Position numbers and translations under genes: made by a program. Below the pieces are notes generated by a model. That model was not told where the DNA came from, made no database searches, and saw nothing but the letters and a program-made list of their open reading frames with translations. This document shows positions 21,613 to 33,918 of a stretch of DNA of 35,010 nt, piece by piece. Source of the stretch: Octopus bimaculoides (taxonomy: Eukaryota); NCBI RefSeq assembly GCF_001194135.2, contig NC_069000.1, forward strand, positions 20,979,632 to 21,014,641, in the 5' to 3' direction. The stretch's first letter is position 1. Each line of letters begins with the position of its first letter.

Positions 21613-22624
21613 TGGTGTTCGTACGGCAGGCGCTAGCGTAACGAAAACAGCCGAAATGTTTGGTGTATCAAGAAGTACTGTCTCGAAAGTAATGGCAGCC
21701 TTTGAGAAAGAGGCAAAAACCTCCTCATCGAAACAAAACTCCAGAAGAAAACCAAAACTTTCAGAATTGTTAGAAAGGATCACAAAAGTACAGCTCCCAA
21801 AATTACTACAGAGCTTAATGACCACCTCGAGAACCCAGTTTCCACAAAAACTGTTCACTGGGAGCTGCACAAAGTCAGATTTCACGGGAGGGCTGCAATC
21901 AGAAAACCACTACTTTCAAAAACAAATGTTGCAAATCGCTTAGAGAGGAGTAAAAACTTACAGATTTGGTCCCTAGAACAGTGGAAGAATGTTATTTTCT
22001 CGGACGAGTCGTCCTTTATCTTATTTCCGACCACCGGCCGAGTATACGTGTGGAGACAGCCAAAAGAAGCATTTGACCCAGACTGCCTTCTCCTAACTGT
22101 TAAACACAGAGGAGGCTCTGTGATAATCTGGGGTGGGGCTATATCTTGGAAATCCGGTGACCAAATGGTTTTCCTTCATGGCAGAATTAATAGTTAAGAC
22201 TATTTAAGCATTTTATCTGATCAAATTCATCCTATGGTTGCGGAACTGTTTCCGGATGGAAACGCAATCTTTCAGGATGATAAGGCACCAATTCACACAG
22301 CTAAAGTTGTTACTGATTGGCACGAAGAACATTCAAGTGAAGTTGAGCATCTTATCTGGCCACCACAGTCCCCAGATCTCAATATTATTCAACATTTATG
22401 GTGCATTTTAGAAAAACAAGTAAGGAGTCGATGTCCCCCACCATCATCACTACAAGAACTGGAAACTGTTTTAACTGAAGAATTGACAAAAATTCCTTTG
22501 GAAACAATTCAAACTTTGTACGAATCCATACTTCGTAGAATTCAAGCTGTAATTACTGCCAAAGGCGGTCCTAACCCATATTACAATAATTTTAAGGGGT
22601 TTCCATTATTATGTCCATCACCTG
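21613..22624 (+). mobile_element. Tc1-type transposon with DD36E spacing, decayed, 5' end in gap
   Basis: AGASVTKTAEMFGVSRSTVSKV (HTH), VIFSDESSF and FQDDKAPIH...WPPQSPDLNIIQH. There are 36 residues from the aligned catalytic D to the E position, which reads Q here. Right TIR GGGGTTTCCATTATTATGTCCATCACCTG|TA ends at 22624. Has frameshifts and an in-frame stop. Confidence 0.92.
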
Positions 22625-22697
22625 TATATATATATATATTCCGTTTATATATTTGTTTTGCAAGATTTTTGATGTGAAATCGTGTGTTGAAACAGAT

Positions 22698-22730
<33 letters not shown>

Positions 22731-22869
22731 CTCGAACATATTTTTCTCAATTGCTATTTCTTTACTAAAATTCACTGGTTCCATTTTAATCACCCTCTTT
22801 TGATCGCTCTTCCAACGATTATTGGCCACTTAACTTAAATATTAATCTGGTCTCTGTGGGCGTTAAAGG

Positions 22870-23516
22870 CACACGGAACGACGCGTTCTTCTTCCAATAG
22901 CCGAGTCCCTGTGGACAAGCGATACGGTTATTCCACGTCTACACTGGCACATTCGAGAAATCCAATCGGTGTCTGTCAGAGAGTTGGAAATGTTTGAGCA
23001 GGTATACGAGACTTTTACACCCTCCTCTCCTATCGGTTAGCTTCACATGATCCCCTTTTTATATGTCTAAGATGCTATTCCAGTCACCCCTATAGTATCA
23101 GTATACTAAAGAGCGTGACGATCCCAAGAGCACTTCCACAAACCTGAAGAAATCCAGCCGTCCTGCACTTGTTTGGGTGTAGACGGCCATTATGTAAGCA
23201 CTACTTTTTCTATTGAACACGGCCAGGACCACGGACTTACCGTCCGGGTCCAGGATAACTGTTCGTACCTCAAGATCCAGATCTTTGCGAAACAACACTA
23301 CCATTCCTATTCTTCCTTCTCCCGATCCAAGCTGGCTCAGAGATGCATATATCTCTTAACCGCCAAAAATGAGTGGAAGTGCGTGAGTATGTCGCAAATC
23401 CTGGTCTCAATAATTCCTTCTACATCTGCATCTAATGACTATAAGTTATTAAGCGAACACTCTTGCTTTCAAGCCGACCTTGTTTCATCCATACATCCTA
23501 CTCTCATTTTTATCAT
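22870..23516 (-). pseudogene. Tx1/L1-clade ORF2 apurinic-like endonuclease relic
   Basis: MIKMRVGCM at 23516, then DVEGIIETR, VVLFRKDLDLEVRTVILDPDGK, MAVYTQTSAGRLDFF, DWNSILD and QLSDRHRLDF..V*TW, all APE-domain-like. Many stops and frameshifts. Confidence 0.75.
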
Positions 23517-23867
23517 GTTGGTCAGAAGAAAAAAACAATGTGAACTATCATATACCTTGGACACGTTAAAGAGGAAGTAGTCAACTTTTCATTACAGGCT
23601 GAGCTTTCTAGAAGGATCTGTTTAGATCTTTTTGTGTCAGAGCAAAGCGTTCAGTACTTTCGAATAATTTTCCCAATAATGCTATGTAGATGCCTAACGA
23701 CATCTTCAGTATTTTTCTTTGGTGTGCTTTTTTGTTTCGTGTTCGACAGAAACTTCTCCTCTTCCCTTTATGTTTTTTCGTTTTTGTTCCCCCTATCATT
23801 CGTAATCGCTACTATCTGCTTCCTTTAACGATCCACCCTCGTCCTTCATTCTTTCCATCTACTAAAC

Positions 23868-24328
23868 TTTAATGTGCCATTTTTCGCCCTCAATTGCGTT
23901 TATGTACCATCTAACGCGCATTGCAATCCATCGTCCTTAATTTCTACCATCTATTGTTCTTTAATGTACCATTCAGTACCCTTAAATGCTACTAACTACT
24001 GCCCTTTGAGGTACCATCCCTCACTCTTAATTGCTGCTATCTACTGATCTTTTATGTCATCCATCACCTTTAATTGACATTTCCTGCTCCTTAACGTTTC
24101 ACCCATCGCCCTTAATTGCTATTATATACTGCTATTCAATGTACCAGTAACACTCTTAACTGCTGTCCTCAATTGACAATGTGCGTGTCAGAAATTACCC
24201 TTAATAACTGCCATCTACTAATCTTTAATGTGCCACCCATCGCTCTTAACTGCCACCATGTACTGCTCTTTAATATACCACCCATCACACTAAATCATTA
24301 TCCTCTACTACTCTTTAATCTACCATAG
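23868..24328. repeat. diverged minisatellite, about 45-bp unit, about 10 copies
   Basis: Consensus approximately ctttaatgtgccacccatcgct-cttaactgccaccatctactgct. Best copies are at 24220-24312. Confidence 0.8.
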
Positions 24329-24895
24329 AACAAGGCCGCAAATTTGTAGAGCAGTTCTTAAAACGTGACTAGTATATCTTTTAATAATATTTCTACCAAA
24401 GTCTGTTATAACAACAAGGGAACATCTATTAAAAAAAAGCTCGGTCTGATAGAAATAGCAACCAAATCTCCCTCAAAATAATATCCTGACGCGCTGAAAA
24501 ATGAAGGGGACAGGGTAATACAGTTCTAGATATATTATATACGATAATCGTAGGAATTGTAGTTCTGCTCGATTAGATTTAACGAAGAATTTTTTTAAAT
24601 TGTAGCTAGTTGAGAGAGAGAGGGGGGGAGAAAAAGAGACAGACAGGCAGAAAGTTGTAAGGAAGAGAGTGAGATGAGAAGTGCGAGAAAGAAAGTGAAG
24701 GGAATAAGAAGAGAAAAGAGAGAGAGGGGAACAGATCGAGGAATGGTGGGAGATAAGTTGCCTTAAGAGCACACAGAATTTTTATTTAATTATACGTTTA
24801 TTTGTAGGACATATGCATACAATAAATAGTTGTTAGTTAATCACACATATAATTCGTCTCACATACATATACGAGCCAAATTGGTCGTACGACCC

Positions 24896-25088
24896 GCTAA
24901 AAATAGCAATTACATCTACCCCAAGTTCCACCCTACGGTCTTGAAAATAGGACACATTGGTTAATGTACTTCTGAGTGCACTATGCTTGTGACAAAACAA
25001 AAAATTGTGATGGTCATGGGTGGAATGCCTTTGATCATTGATCGGCTGGATCAAGGCCGAGTAGGGGTGAAACACAACGCATAATAAT
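24896..25088 (+). mobile_element. 3' tail of (CAA)n-ending SINE/LINE tail family
   Basis: gatggtcatgggtggaatgcctttgatcatt...ggggtgaaacacaac. Homologous to 3316-3467 and the reverse complement of 292-352. Confidence 0.6.
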
Positions 25089-25159
25089 CATACGCATTCG
25101 TACACTTATTGTGACGCTTGTGGTTGTGTGCCCGTGTTTGTGATCATATCTATGGGTTC

Positions 25160-25206
<47 letters not shown>

Positions 25207-26093
25207 CGCGCGCGTGAGTGTGTGTGCGTGCGAGCGATGTGTGTACACAACCAACCGAAGTTTATGGACATATAGCTATCCTGTTGTGACGTCGCATGTA
25301 TNNNNNNNNNNNNNNNNNNNNNNNNNNNNNNNNNNNNNNNNNNNNNNNNNNNNNNNNNNNNNNNNNNNNNNNNNNNNNNNNNNNNNNNNNNNNNNNNNNN
25401 NNNNNNNNNNNNNNNNNNNNNNNNNNNNNNNNNNNNNNNNNNNNNNNNNNNNNNNNNNNNNNNNNNNNNNNNNNNNNNNNNNNNNNNNNNNNNNNNNNNN
25501 NNNNNNNNNNNNNNNNNNNNNNNNNNNNNNNNNNNNNNNNNNNNNNNNNNNNNNNNNNNNNNNNNNNNNNNNNNNNNNNNNNNNNNNNNNNNNNNNNNNN
25601 NNNNNNNNNNNNNNNNNNNNNNNNNNNNNNNNNNNNNNNNNNNNNNNNNNNNNNNNNNNNNNNNNNNNNNNNNNNNNNNNNNNNNNNNNNNNNTGAGGTC
25701 AGTATGCACGCCTCCCTTGCAGACTATCAGTATGTGTCCTTACGTAGTAATGTATATGCATAACTATCTCCTTGTGTTTTAGTATATATGCATATCCATA
25801 CACACACACACGAACGTAAACTTGCACACATACATATACATATATACAGATACACTCACACACTCACACATATACTTATCCATAGCACACTCACATACAC
25901 GTCTATAACTATATTGAGGTCAGTATGCAAGTCTGTAACTGCAGCTGAACAGAATGTCTGTGTGCATATCTATGTGTACCGACATTTCATTACTTTTACC
26001 ATTTAGGTCACAACTAGTAACTACTGCTGCTTAAGTTGCCATGCGTATGTGTGTGTGTGTGTACATATACATACATACATATGCATGTATGTA

Positions 26094-26129
<36 letters not shown>

Positions 26130-26577
26130 NNNNNNNNNNNNNNNNNNNNNNNNNNNNNNNNNNNNNNNNNNNNNNNNNNNNNNNNNNNNNNNNNNNNNNN
26201 NNNNNNNNNNNNNNNNNNNNNNNNNNNNNNNNNNNNNNNNNNNNNNNNNNNNNNNNNNNNNNNNNNNNNNNNNNNNNNNNNNNNNNNNNNNNNNNNNNNN
26301 NNNNNNNNNNNNNNNNNNNNNNNNNNNNNNNNNNNNNNNNNNNNNNNNNNNNNNNNNNNNNNNNNNNNNNNNNNNNNNNNNNNNNNNNNNNNNNNNNNNN
26401 NNNNNNNNNNNNNNNNNNNNNNNNNNNNNNNNNNNNNNNNNNNNNNNNNNNNNNNNNNNNNNNNNNNNNNNNNNNNNNNNNNNNNNNNNNNNNNNNNNNN
26501 NNNNNNNNNNNNNNNNNNNNNNNNNNNNNNNNNNNNNNNNNNNNNNNNNNNNNNNNNNATATATATAAATATATATT

Positions 26578-26615
<38 letters not shown>

Positions 26616-26617
26616 CA

Positions 26618-26649
<32 letters not shown>

Positions 26650-26784
26650 CGTATGGGAGGTGTATATGTGGCTGTGTGCGTGTGTCTGACAGTGTATGTC
26701 TATATAACTATATTTAGGTGTGTATGTCTCTGAAACACTGTGTTTCCATCAAACTATATTTATATCTGTATAAACTTGATTGCC

Positions 26785-26831
<47 letters not shown>

Positions 26832-27094
26832 TCACAAACACATAAGACACACTCACATACATGTATATCCGAGTTGAATCTTTTTCTACACAGCATTTTT
26901 CATGTTTCCTCGACTCTTTTTACAATTTGGAGAAATAGCGTTCCTATATCATCAGTTAGTTCATTAACGCTTGAAACATTTCCGTCTCGTTATTATCCTG
27001 TAGTTGACGGGACCAGAAGATAAATGTGCAAGAACTGAAAAACAATGAAAATACTGATATATCTAAACGAATTAAGAGCATCTAGTTTATGCAG

Positions 27095-27129
<35 letters not shown>

Positions 27130-28132
27130 GAAAATATATACTATACTTCACGATAACAGCAACTTAATCATTTTAAACTAAATAAATCAACTCTTAAACG
27201 GCAGACATCATCAAGTCATGTTTCATTAGAGAATAGCGGACATCATTAATTGCTGTTTCCAAAATTTTACATGAATCCATCATGAAAAGAAAGTGAATGT
27301 TATATAGTACTTTTTGATAATGAAATTGTAAATCGTATTGTACCAGAGACAAACAATTATTATAGTTCTTGTACTTATTTAAAGTAAAAATANNNNNNNN
27401 NNNNNNNNNNNNNNNNNNNNNNNNNNNNNNNNNNNNNNNNNNNNNNNNNNNNNNNNNNNNNNNNNNNNNNNNNNNNNNNNNNNNNNNNNNNNNNNNNNNN
27501 NNNNNNNNNNNNNNNNNNNNNNNNNNNNNNNNNNNNNNNNNNNNNNNNNNNNNNNNNNNNNNNNNNNNNNNNNNNNNNNNNNNNNNNNNNNNNNNNNNNN
27601 NNNNNNNNNNNNNNNNNNNNNNNNNNNNNNNNNNNNNNNNNNNNNNNNNNNNNNNNNNNNNNNNNNNNNNNNNNNNNNNNNNNNNNNNNNNNNNNNNNNN
27701 NNNNNNNNNNNNNNNNNNNNNNNNNNNNNNNNNNNNNNNNNNNNNNNNNNNNNNNNNNNNNNNNNNNNNNNNNNNNNNNNNNNNNNNNNNNNNNNNNNNN
27801 NNNNNNNNNNNNNNNNNNNNNNNNNNNNNNNNNNNNNNNNNNNNNNNNNNNNNNNNNNNNNNNNNNNNNNNNNNNNNNNNNNNNNNNNNNNNNNNNNNNN
27901 NNNNNNNNNNNNNNNNNNNNNNNNNNNNNNNNNNNNNNNNNNNNNNNNNNNNNNNNNNNNNNNNNNNNNNNNNNNNNNNNNNNNNNNNNNNNNNNNNNNN
28001 NNNNNNNNNNNNNNNNNNNNNNNNNNNNNNNNNNNNNNNNNNNNNNNNNNNNNNNNNNNNNNNNNNNNNNNNNNNNNNNNNNNNNNNNNNNNNNNNNNNN
28101 NNNNNNNNNNNNNNNNNATATATATATATATA

Positions 28133-28380
28133 TACGACGACGAGCTTCTTTCAGTTTCCGTCTATTAAATCTACGTGCAGGTGTTGTTGTGTTTATGTGC
28201 CTGTAACTTAGCAGTTCGGTAAAGCAAACCTATAGGCTAAGTACCAGACTAAAACAAAAAGTAAGTATTGTGATTGATTCGTTCAACTAAATTTCTTCAA
28301 TGCGATGCCCCAACAGGGCCGCAGTCGAATGATTGAAACAAGTATAAATGAAAGATAAAAGACAAGTATAAAAGAAAGAT
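28133..28380. mobile_element. family B SINE pieces in opposite orientations
   Basis: 28133-28172 is minus-oriented (cttctttcagtttccgtct). 28180-28380 is a plus-oriented tail (tgtaacttagcagttcgg...ggccgcagtcgaatgattgaaacaagta). Confidence 0.7.
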
Positions 28381-30614
28381 AAACATTTATTAATAACAGT
28401 ATCCTAAATGTTTAGTAAACCTGAGACCCATAAACCAATGCAAGAGTAGGTTCCCTCACACTGATACAACCGATGCAGTACTTAACAACAAAACACGTGA
28501 ACGACACATATCGTGCACTACATGAACTAATTGTGCTTTAGTTGTATAAAAATAAACTACAGCGTGTATCACATCTAAGAATACATAGAATGTGTTACGA
28601 AAACGCCAGTATTAAAAGCGTTCTCCTCGACACAAAACCTCGGAGTGGCAACGTAGAACATGTTTTTGACAACAAAAACAACACATATTTTTCAATGTAT
28701 ACATGTAAGCTGTGAATTTCACGACACAAACTGTTAAATGCGATACCCAAGTACAACACTTTCCACTTTCTCATCATTTACAAGGAGCCATCGTAGTTCA
28801 TTATAATACATTACACGAATTTCATCTATTCATCTATTCATCTCCCTAGCCATGAAATATATCAAATTATCCACAAAGGTTGTTGCCAACCACAAACCAG
28901 AAACTGTAACCACAAACGAACCAATCCCTATTTTACAATCAACTCTTCAACGCTCGTATTTTTTTAAAGACTTTTTTATTCATTCGGCTTCTTATGCTTG
29001 TTTGCACGCCTACTTACTTTTTATAGTTGTTTGCTTGTTTCTCAGTTTGTTTCCAGCTTATATTTACCATCACAGCAATGCCTCTTCTCAGTTCAGTAAA
29101 AAATGCAGTATCATGTCTATTGGCATCGTATATAAACATGTATTTATTACACCATCAATAGAAAGTTAGCATCTATTACATAATGTGCAAATATGTATTC
29201 TTTCAGATGACAAAGATTTATTATTAGTTTGCTTTGATTTATATACCCTTTAAATGACTAACAATACCAGCCTCACAAAGACAAACCAGCTTATAAATAG
29301 AATATTTGAAGAAATGATTGATATTTACGAAGTTTCTTTTCCCTGCATCTCGTTTCAGTTTCATAAGTTTAATGCGATTCTTTTCAAAATGCATGAAAAC
29401 ATTTTTACTCAATGATAGCCTCTCATATGCAATTATTTCTCAAGTTTTCATGTGAAAATTGCCTTTTTTAACAAATCAGATTTAAAAATTTAAGGCAATC
29501 TTTGCATCTTTTACTTCAGTTCGTAAGAGAATCTTTGTTCTCTTTGGAGAAATATGTCCTCTATATAATAGGTGCTGTGAAATGCTTTTATCTTCTATAC
29601 AATCTATATAACCTCCCTATCCACCCTCGTTTGCAACGTTGGAAGAGAGCGTCGAAATTTATAACATTTACTAACTCAAAATCCGCAACATAATTCACGC
29701 ATACTCTCCAAGATACGTGCAAATTTTGTCGAAGATACTTTTATTGAAAATGCTCCAGCTATTTAACAGGTTTCGAAAAAAAATGTACATGCTTTACAGC
29801 CATACAACAAAACAGACAAAATTGGGAAATGGATATTTTAGTAATCTTTTATATACAACATTACTAAAATATCTATTTCCGTTGTGACTATAGAGAAGAT
29901 TGTCATTTCCTAACAAAAATATCCATGACTTCTGAATTCTATTTGTAATTTCGTCATCAAGATTTTCATCCTTGTTTGATATGCTACCAAAATATTGAAG
30001 GAAAATGCGTTTTTCAAGGTTACTAAGTAAACCTGAACAGTGATAACAGCTTCATATTAGGGGCGGCATTTGATAGAATCATCAGTGCAGATTGATTACA
30101 TTAATGGTGATTCTTGATAGTTTTTTTAGTGTCATTGATTGGTTATGGTTAGGGTTATTAACGATATACAACACTAGTGACGGTGGAGATCAGTGGTGAT
30201 ATTTGGTATTGTTAAGATAAGTATTGTAATTCCGCCTACCATAATCAAAGGGCGTGAGTTTAAATTTTTATGGTTTCTATACATGAAAGTGTGTGAGACA
30301 ACCAGCTAGGGGATTAGAGATTAACGGCAGTTTGGGGGGGCTTTTACGTTTTGTCTCTTTTTTTCGCAGTTTAAGCACGCCAAAATTGGAGTTCGCCTAT
30401 ATGCCCGTGGCCCTATATACCCGAAAATGCGGTAATTTTTATGATTAATTTCCGAACGCAAGCTGGCTTAAATCTTTGGCTATACACATAAGTAATATTT
30501 ATAATGAGATGTTATCCATAAGAGTTCAAGGGCTTTTTTTTAATATATATTGAGTGACTGTATCACTGACATCAGTGTATCAGATGTCCACATGCGCGTA
30601 CATACATGCAGAGA

Positions 30615-30790
30615 GAGAGGAGGGAGAGGGAGAGAAAGGACGATTGGGAAAGAGGCCGAATGAGAGAGAGGACGAGTGAGAGAGAAGACGAGAGAGAGAG
30701 AGGACGAGTGAGAGGGAGGACGAGTGAGAGAGAGAGGACGAGTGAGAGAGAGAATGAATGAGAGAGAGAACAGCACACACACACATACAT
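30615..30790. repeat. (GA)n-derived repeat with about five GAGGACGAGTGA units
   Basis: Direct reading. Confidence 0.85.
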
Positions 30791-31262
30791 GTGTACATAC
30801 CTATGATAGCTATCGGAAAGATAACCCCGAGGACAAAGAAATAAGAAGCCACAGAATGGTAGAAGCCATAGCCACTGATAATAAAAAGGAGTGCTGATGA
30901 ATGAAATATCCCAGTGAAGACCTCGATAAAATGTAAGCATAACAGACCTGATATAATGATTTGGGATAGAGAAGAGGAAACGTGCACAGTTGTGGAAATT
31001 AGCTGCACAGCGGATGTTAACATAATTCTGAAGATCATTGAAAAAGAGAATACCTACGCCGAACTATTGAGAAATCAGCAGTTACTCCATCCAGAATACA
31101 AGTTCAGGTTTATACCTGCAATTATTAGGGCCCTGTGATATATGTAACACACTGCCTAAACACCAATCTAGAGAAATTAGGCTTCTCAAAACCAGAAAGG
31201 AGAAAGCTAATTCAAAGACTACAGATCCAATCCATCACTGGAACTGAAAAAAATCAGAAGTT

Positions 31263-32395
31263 GGATCCGTTCAATTTGGCACACAGATTTTTTTAATTAA
31301 TTTTTTAAAACTAAACAGTTTGAAACATCGTATACTGGTGGAATGTCTCACGCAGGACACGGTTTACTTTGAATATTTTTGACAAAATTTGGTATTTTCA
31401 GAAGTTATTTCGTGTTAAAGTTGTCGTTTTGGGGTAATTTCAACCAATCAACGACGTGTATTCAGTTGAAGAAAGCTACTGCTGTTTGCGATAGTGATCG
31501 AAGAGGAACAACTTCCGGGTCATCTCTACTAAATGTCACCACTCTGTGCTATTCATTTTTTGTTTACTCCCCGTGTTGCATATTACACGCTTTTTGTTTT
31601 TGTTTTTGGTCTTCGCGTCGGACTAACTAGTAAACATCGAAGAACCAATACCAAGATGGAAGAAATATTATTTACATATATTTATTCGTTTGCTCGACAT
31701 CGGTGTTTTATCCACACATAAAGCGCACCAGTGTTTGAAAGACCTATAGAGCTACGGGTCCGCAGCTAGCTTTTTTGTTGTTGATGTGTATGTAGTTTTA
31801 AAATGGCTTATTTTACAACTATGAGATGTATTGTTATTGTCATGATTTTATCTCACTATAATCAGCAACAAACACGTCATCAATACAAAAGTATTAGATT
31901 AAAAATATCATCATCAAAATATGAAGGTAAAACAAAACAAATAGCGGCTTATACACAGGAAAATACAGTAATTGTAGTGACAGTGACAAGTTCGCTCGCT
32001 GGTTGCTAGCTGATAGCGTGGAAGGCAGGGAAAGAGTAAGGAATGCACGGTGCTGACTAGAAAGGAAGAAAGGATAAAGGTGGCATCGCCTTCGCTCGAC
32101 ATACGAATAGAATAGAGCGGTGACATTTAGTAGAGATAACCCGGAAGTTGTTCCTCTTTGATTACAATCGCAAACAGCAGCAGCTTTCTTCAACTGAATA
32201 CACGTCGTTGATTGGTTGAAATTACCCAAATACGACAACTTTAACACGAAATAACTTCGAAAATACCAAATTTTGTCAAAAATGTTGAAAGTAAACTGTG
32301 TTCTGTGTGAGACATTCCACCAGTATACGAAGTTTCAAACTGTTTAGTTTTAAAAAATTAATTTTAAAAATCAGTGCGCCAAACTGAACAGATCT
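31263..32395. mobile_element. long-TIR foldback element 2, 1133 bp, 8-bp TSD
   Basis: Arms 31263-31554 and 32105-32395 (about 291 bp) are inverted copies. Flanks CAGAAGTT (31255-62) and CAGATGTT (32396-403). The 550-bp spacer is non-coding. Confidence 0.92.
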
Positions 32396-32491
32396 CAGAT
32401 GTTTATCATTTAAATATATATGAGCATGTCTAGATATGCAACTATATGCATGAGAATACATACATAAAGCAAAACATACAAACTTGTACAT

Positions 32492-33918
32492 GAGCCCTTG
32501 ATGTGAAGACCCGGAAAATACTAACGAGCACGAACAACTTTCACATCAATAGCGATGTAGACCGCCTATACTTAAAACGAAATAAAGGAGGGAGGGGCCT
32601 AACATCAATTCAGACTGCTTTTGAATGCCGTGTCATATCTCTTCGACATCATCTCATAACCACCAAGTGTCGAAGTGCAGCCCTTGATGAAGTCTGCAGA
32701 CATGAGGTAAATACCATCATGAGATTGAGAAAGCAACTACTTGACAAGCATTCCTTATTCGACAACCCTGAACACTTACCCAAAGAAATTGCAAGACTCT
32801 ACCGTAACATAACATCAGAGGAGAGGATGAATGCATTCCAGCAGAAGACCATGCATGGATACGATAACAAAAAGTTCCAGGGTGATAACAACATTGACAA
32901 CCAGAGCAGTCTATCGTGGACAAACAATCGGGTCACCAACTCTCACTTTGAAGGGTATGCCTTTGCTATTCAAGAACAAGAAATAGCAACCAAATTCCTA
33001 ATAAACAAACGGGGCAGAGAGGCGGGCAAAGCGCCACAATGTAATAATCGATGCAGACTCTGTGGAATCAGTATTGAAGATATCACCCACATCATTAGCA
33101 GCTGTCCAAAAATGTCATCACGGTATTACCTNNNNNNNNNNNNNNNNNNNNNNNNNNNNNNNNNNNNNNNNNNNNNNNNNNNNNNNNNNNNNNNNNNNNN
33201 NNNNNNNNNNNNNNNNNNNNNNNNNNNNNNNNNNNNNNNNNNNNNNNNNNNNNNNNNNNNNNNNNNNNNNNNNNNNNNNNNNNNNNNNNNNNNNNNNNNN
33301 NNNNNNNNNNNNNNNNNNNNNNNNNNNNNNNNNNNNNNNNNNNNNNNNNNNNNNNNNNNNNNNNNNNNNNNNNNNNNNNNNNNNNNNNNNNNNNNNNNNN
33401 NNNNNNNNNNNNNNNNNNNNNNNNNNNNNNNNNNNNNNNNNNNNNNNNNNNNNNNNNNNNNNNNNNNNNNNNNNNNNNNNNNNNNNNNNNNNNNNNNNNN
33501 NNNNNNNNNNNNNNNNNNNNNNNNNNNNNNNNNNNNNNNNNNNNNNNNNNNNNNNNNNNNNNNNNNNNNNNNNNNNNNNNNNNNNNNNNNNNNNNNNNNN
33601 NNNNNNNNNNNNNNNNNNNNNNNNNNNNNNNNNNNNNNNNNNNNNNNNNNNNNNNNNNNNNNNNNNNNNNNNNNNNNNNNNNNNNNNNNNNNTGCATGCA
33701 TCTAGACATGAAAATATATACAGAAAAACGCATCCATAAAACAAACATACAAATCTGTGCATACACTAACACCAAATACTGCACACACACACACACACAC
33801 ATATGCACAAATACCTAGTTGATGTTGATAAAAGTTCCAATGAAGGAGCCTTGAATCTATGTTAGAGTCCGGCTCTTTCTCTATGGACAAGAAGTACAGA
33901 AATGAAACTGATTGATAA
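32492..33918 (+). mobile_element. R4/Dong-clade retrotransposon copy B (5'-truncated: RT thumb, zinc knuckle, gap, 3' UTR)
   Basis: Uninterrupted frame ALDVKTRKIL...SDVDRLYLKRNKGGRGL...FEGYAFAIQEQEI...CRLCGISIEDITHIISSC (CX2CX8HX4C, 33052-33105). After the 560-bp gap comes a full 3' UTR ending gaaactgattgataa. Confidence 0.88.

Noticed and set aside
25694-25932. TGAGGTCAGTATGCA repeated at 25694 and 25917
   Set aside because: Only 15 bp, next to a gap in low-complexity DNA. No larger periodicity demonstrable.
26860-27040. Strong minus-strand acceptor (ttttcattgtttttcag) with following unique sequence
   Set aside because: All three frames hit stops before a credible donor. Could be non-coding but is unsupported.
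28585-28700. Frame MCYENASIKSVLLDTKPRSGNVEHVFDNKNNTYFSMYT with donor GTAAGC, faintly discoidin-like
   Set aside because: Purine-rich acceptor, and the similarity rests on a few residues.
30370-30434. 62-nt plus exon candidate (FKHAKIGVRLYARGPIYPKM)
   Set aside because: Its end ...cccgaaaatgcgg|TA looks like a pogo/Tc2-type TIR (TA-CCGYATTTTC). No partner TIR was found, so neither call is supportable.
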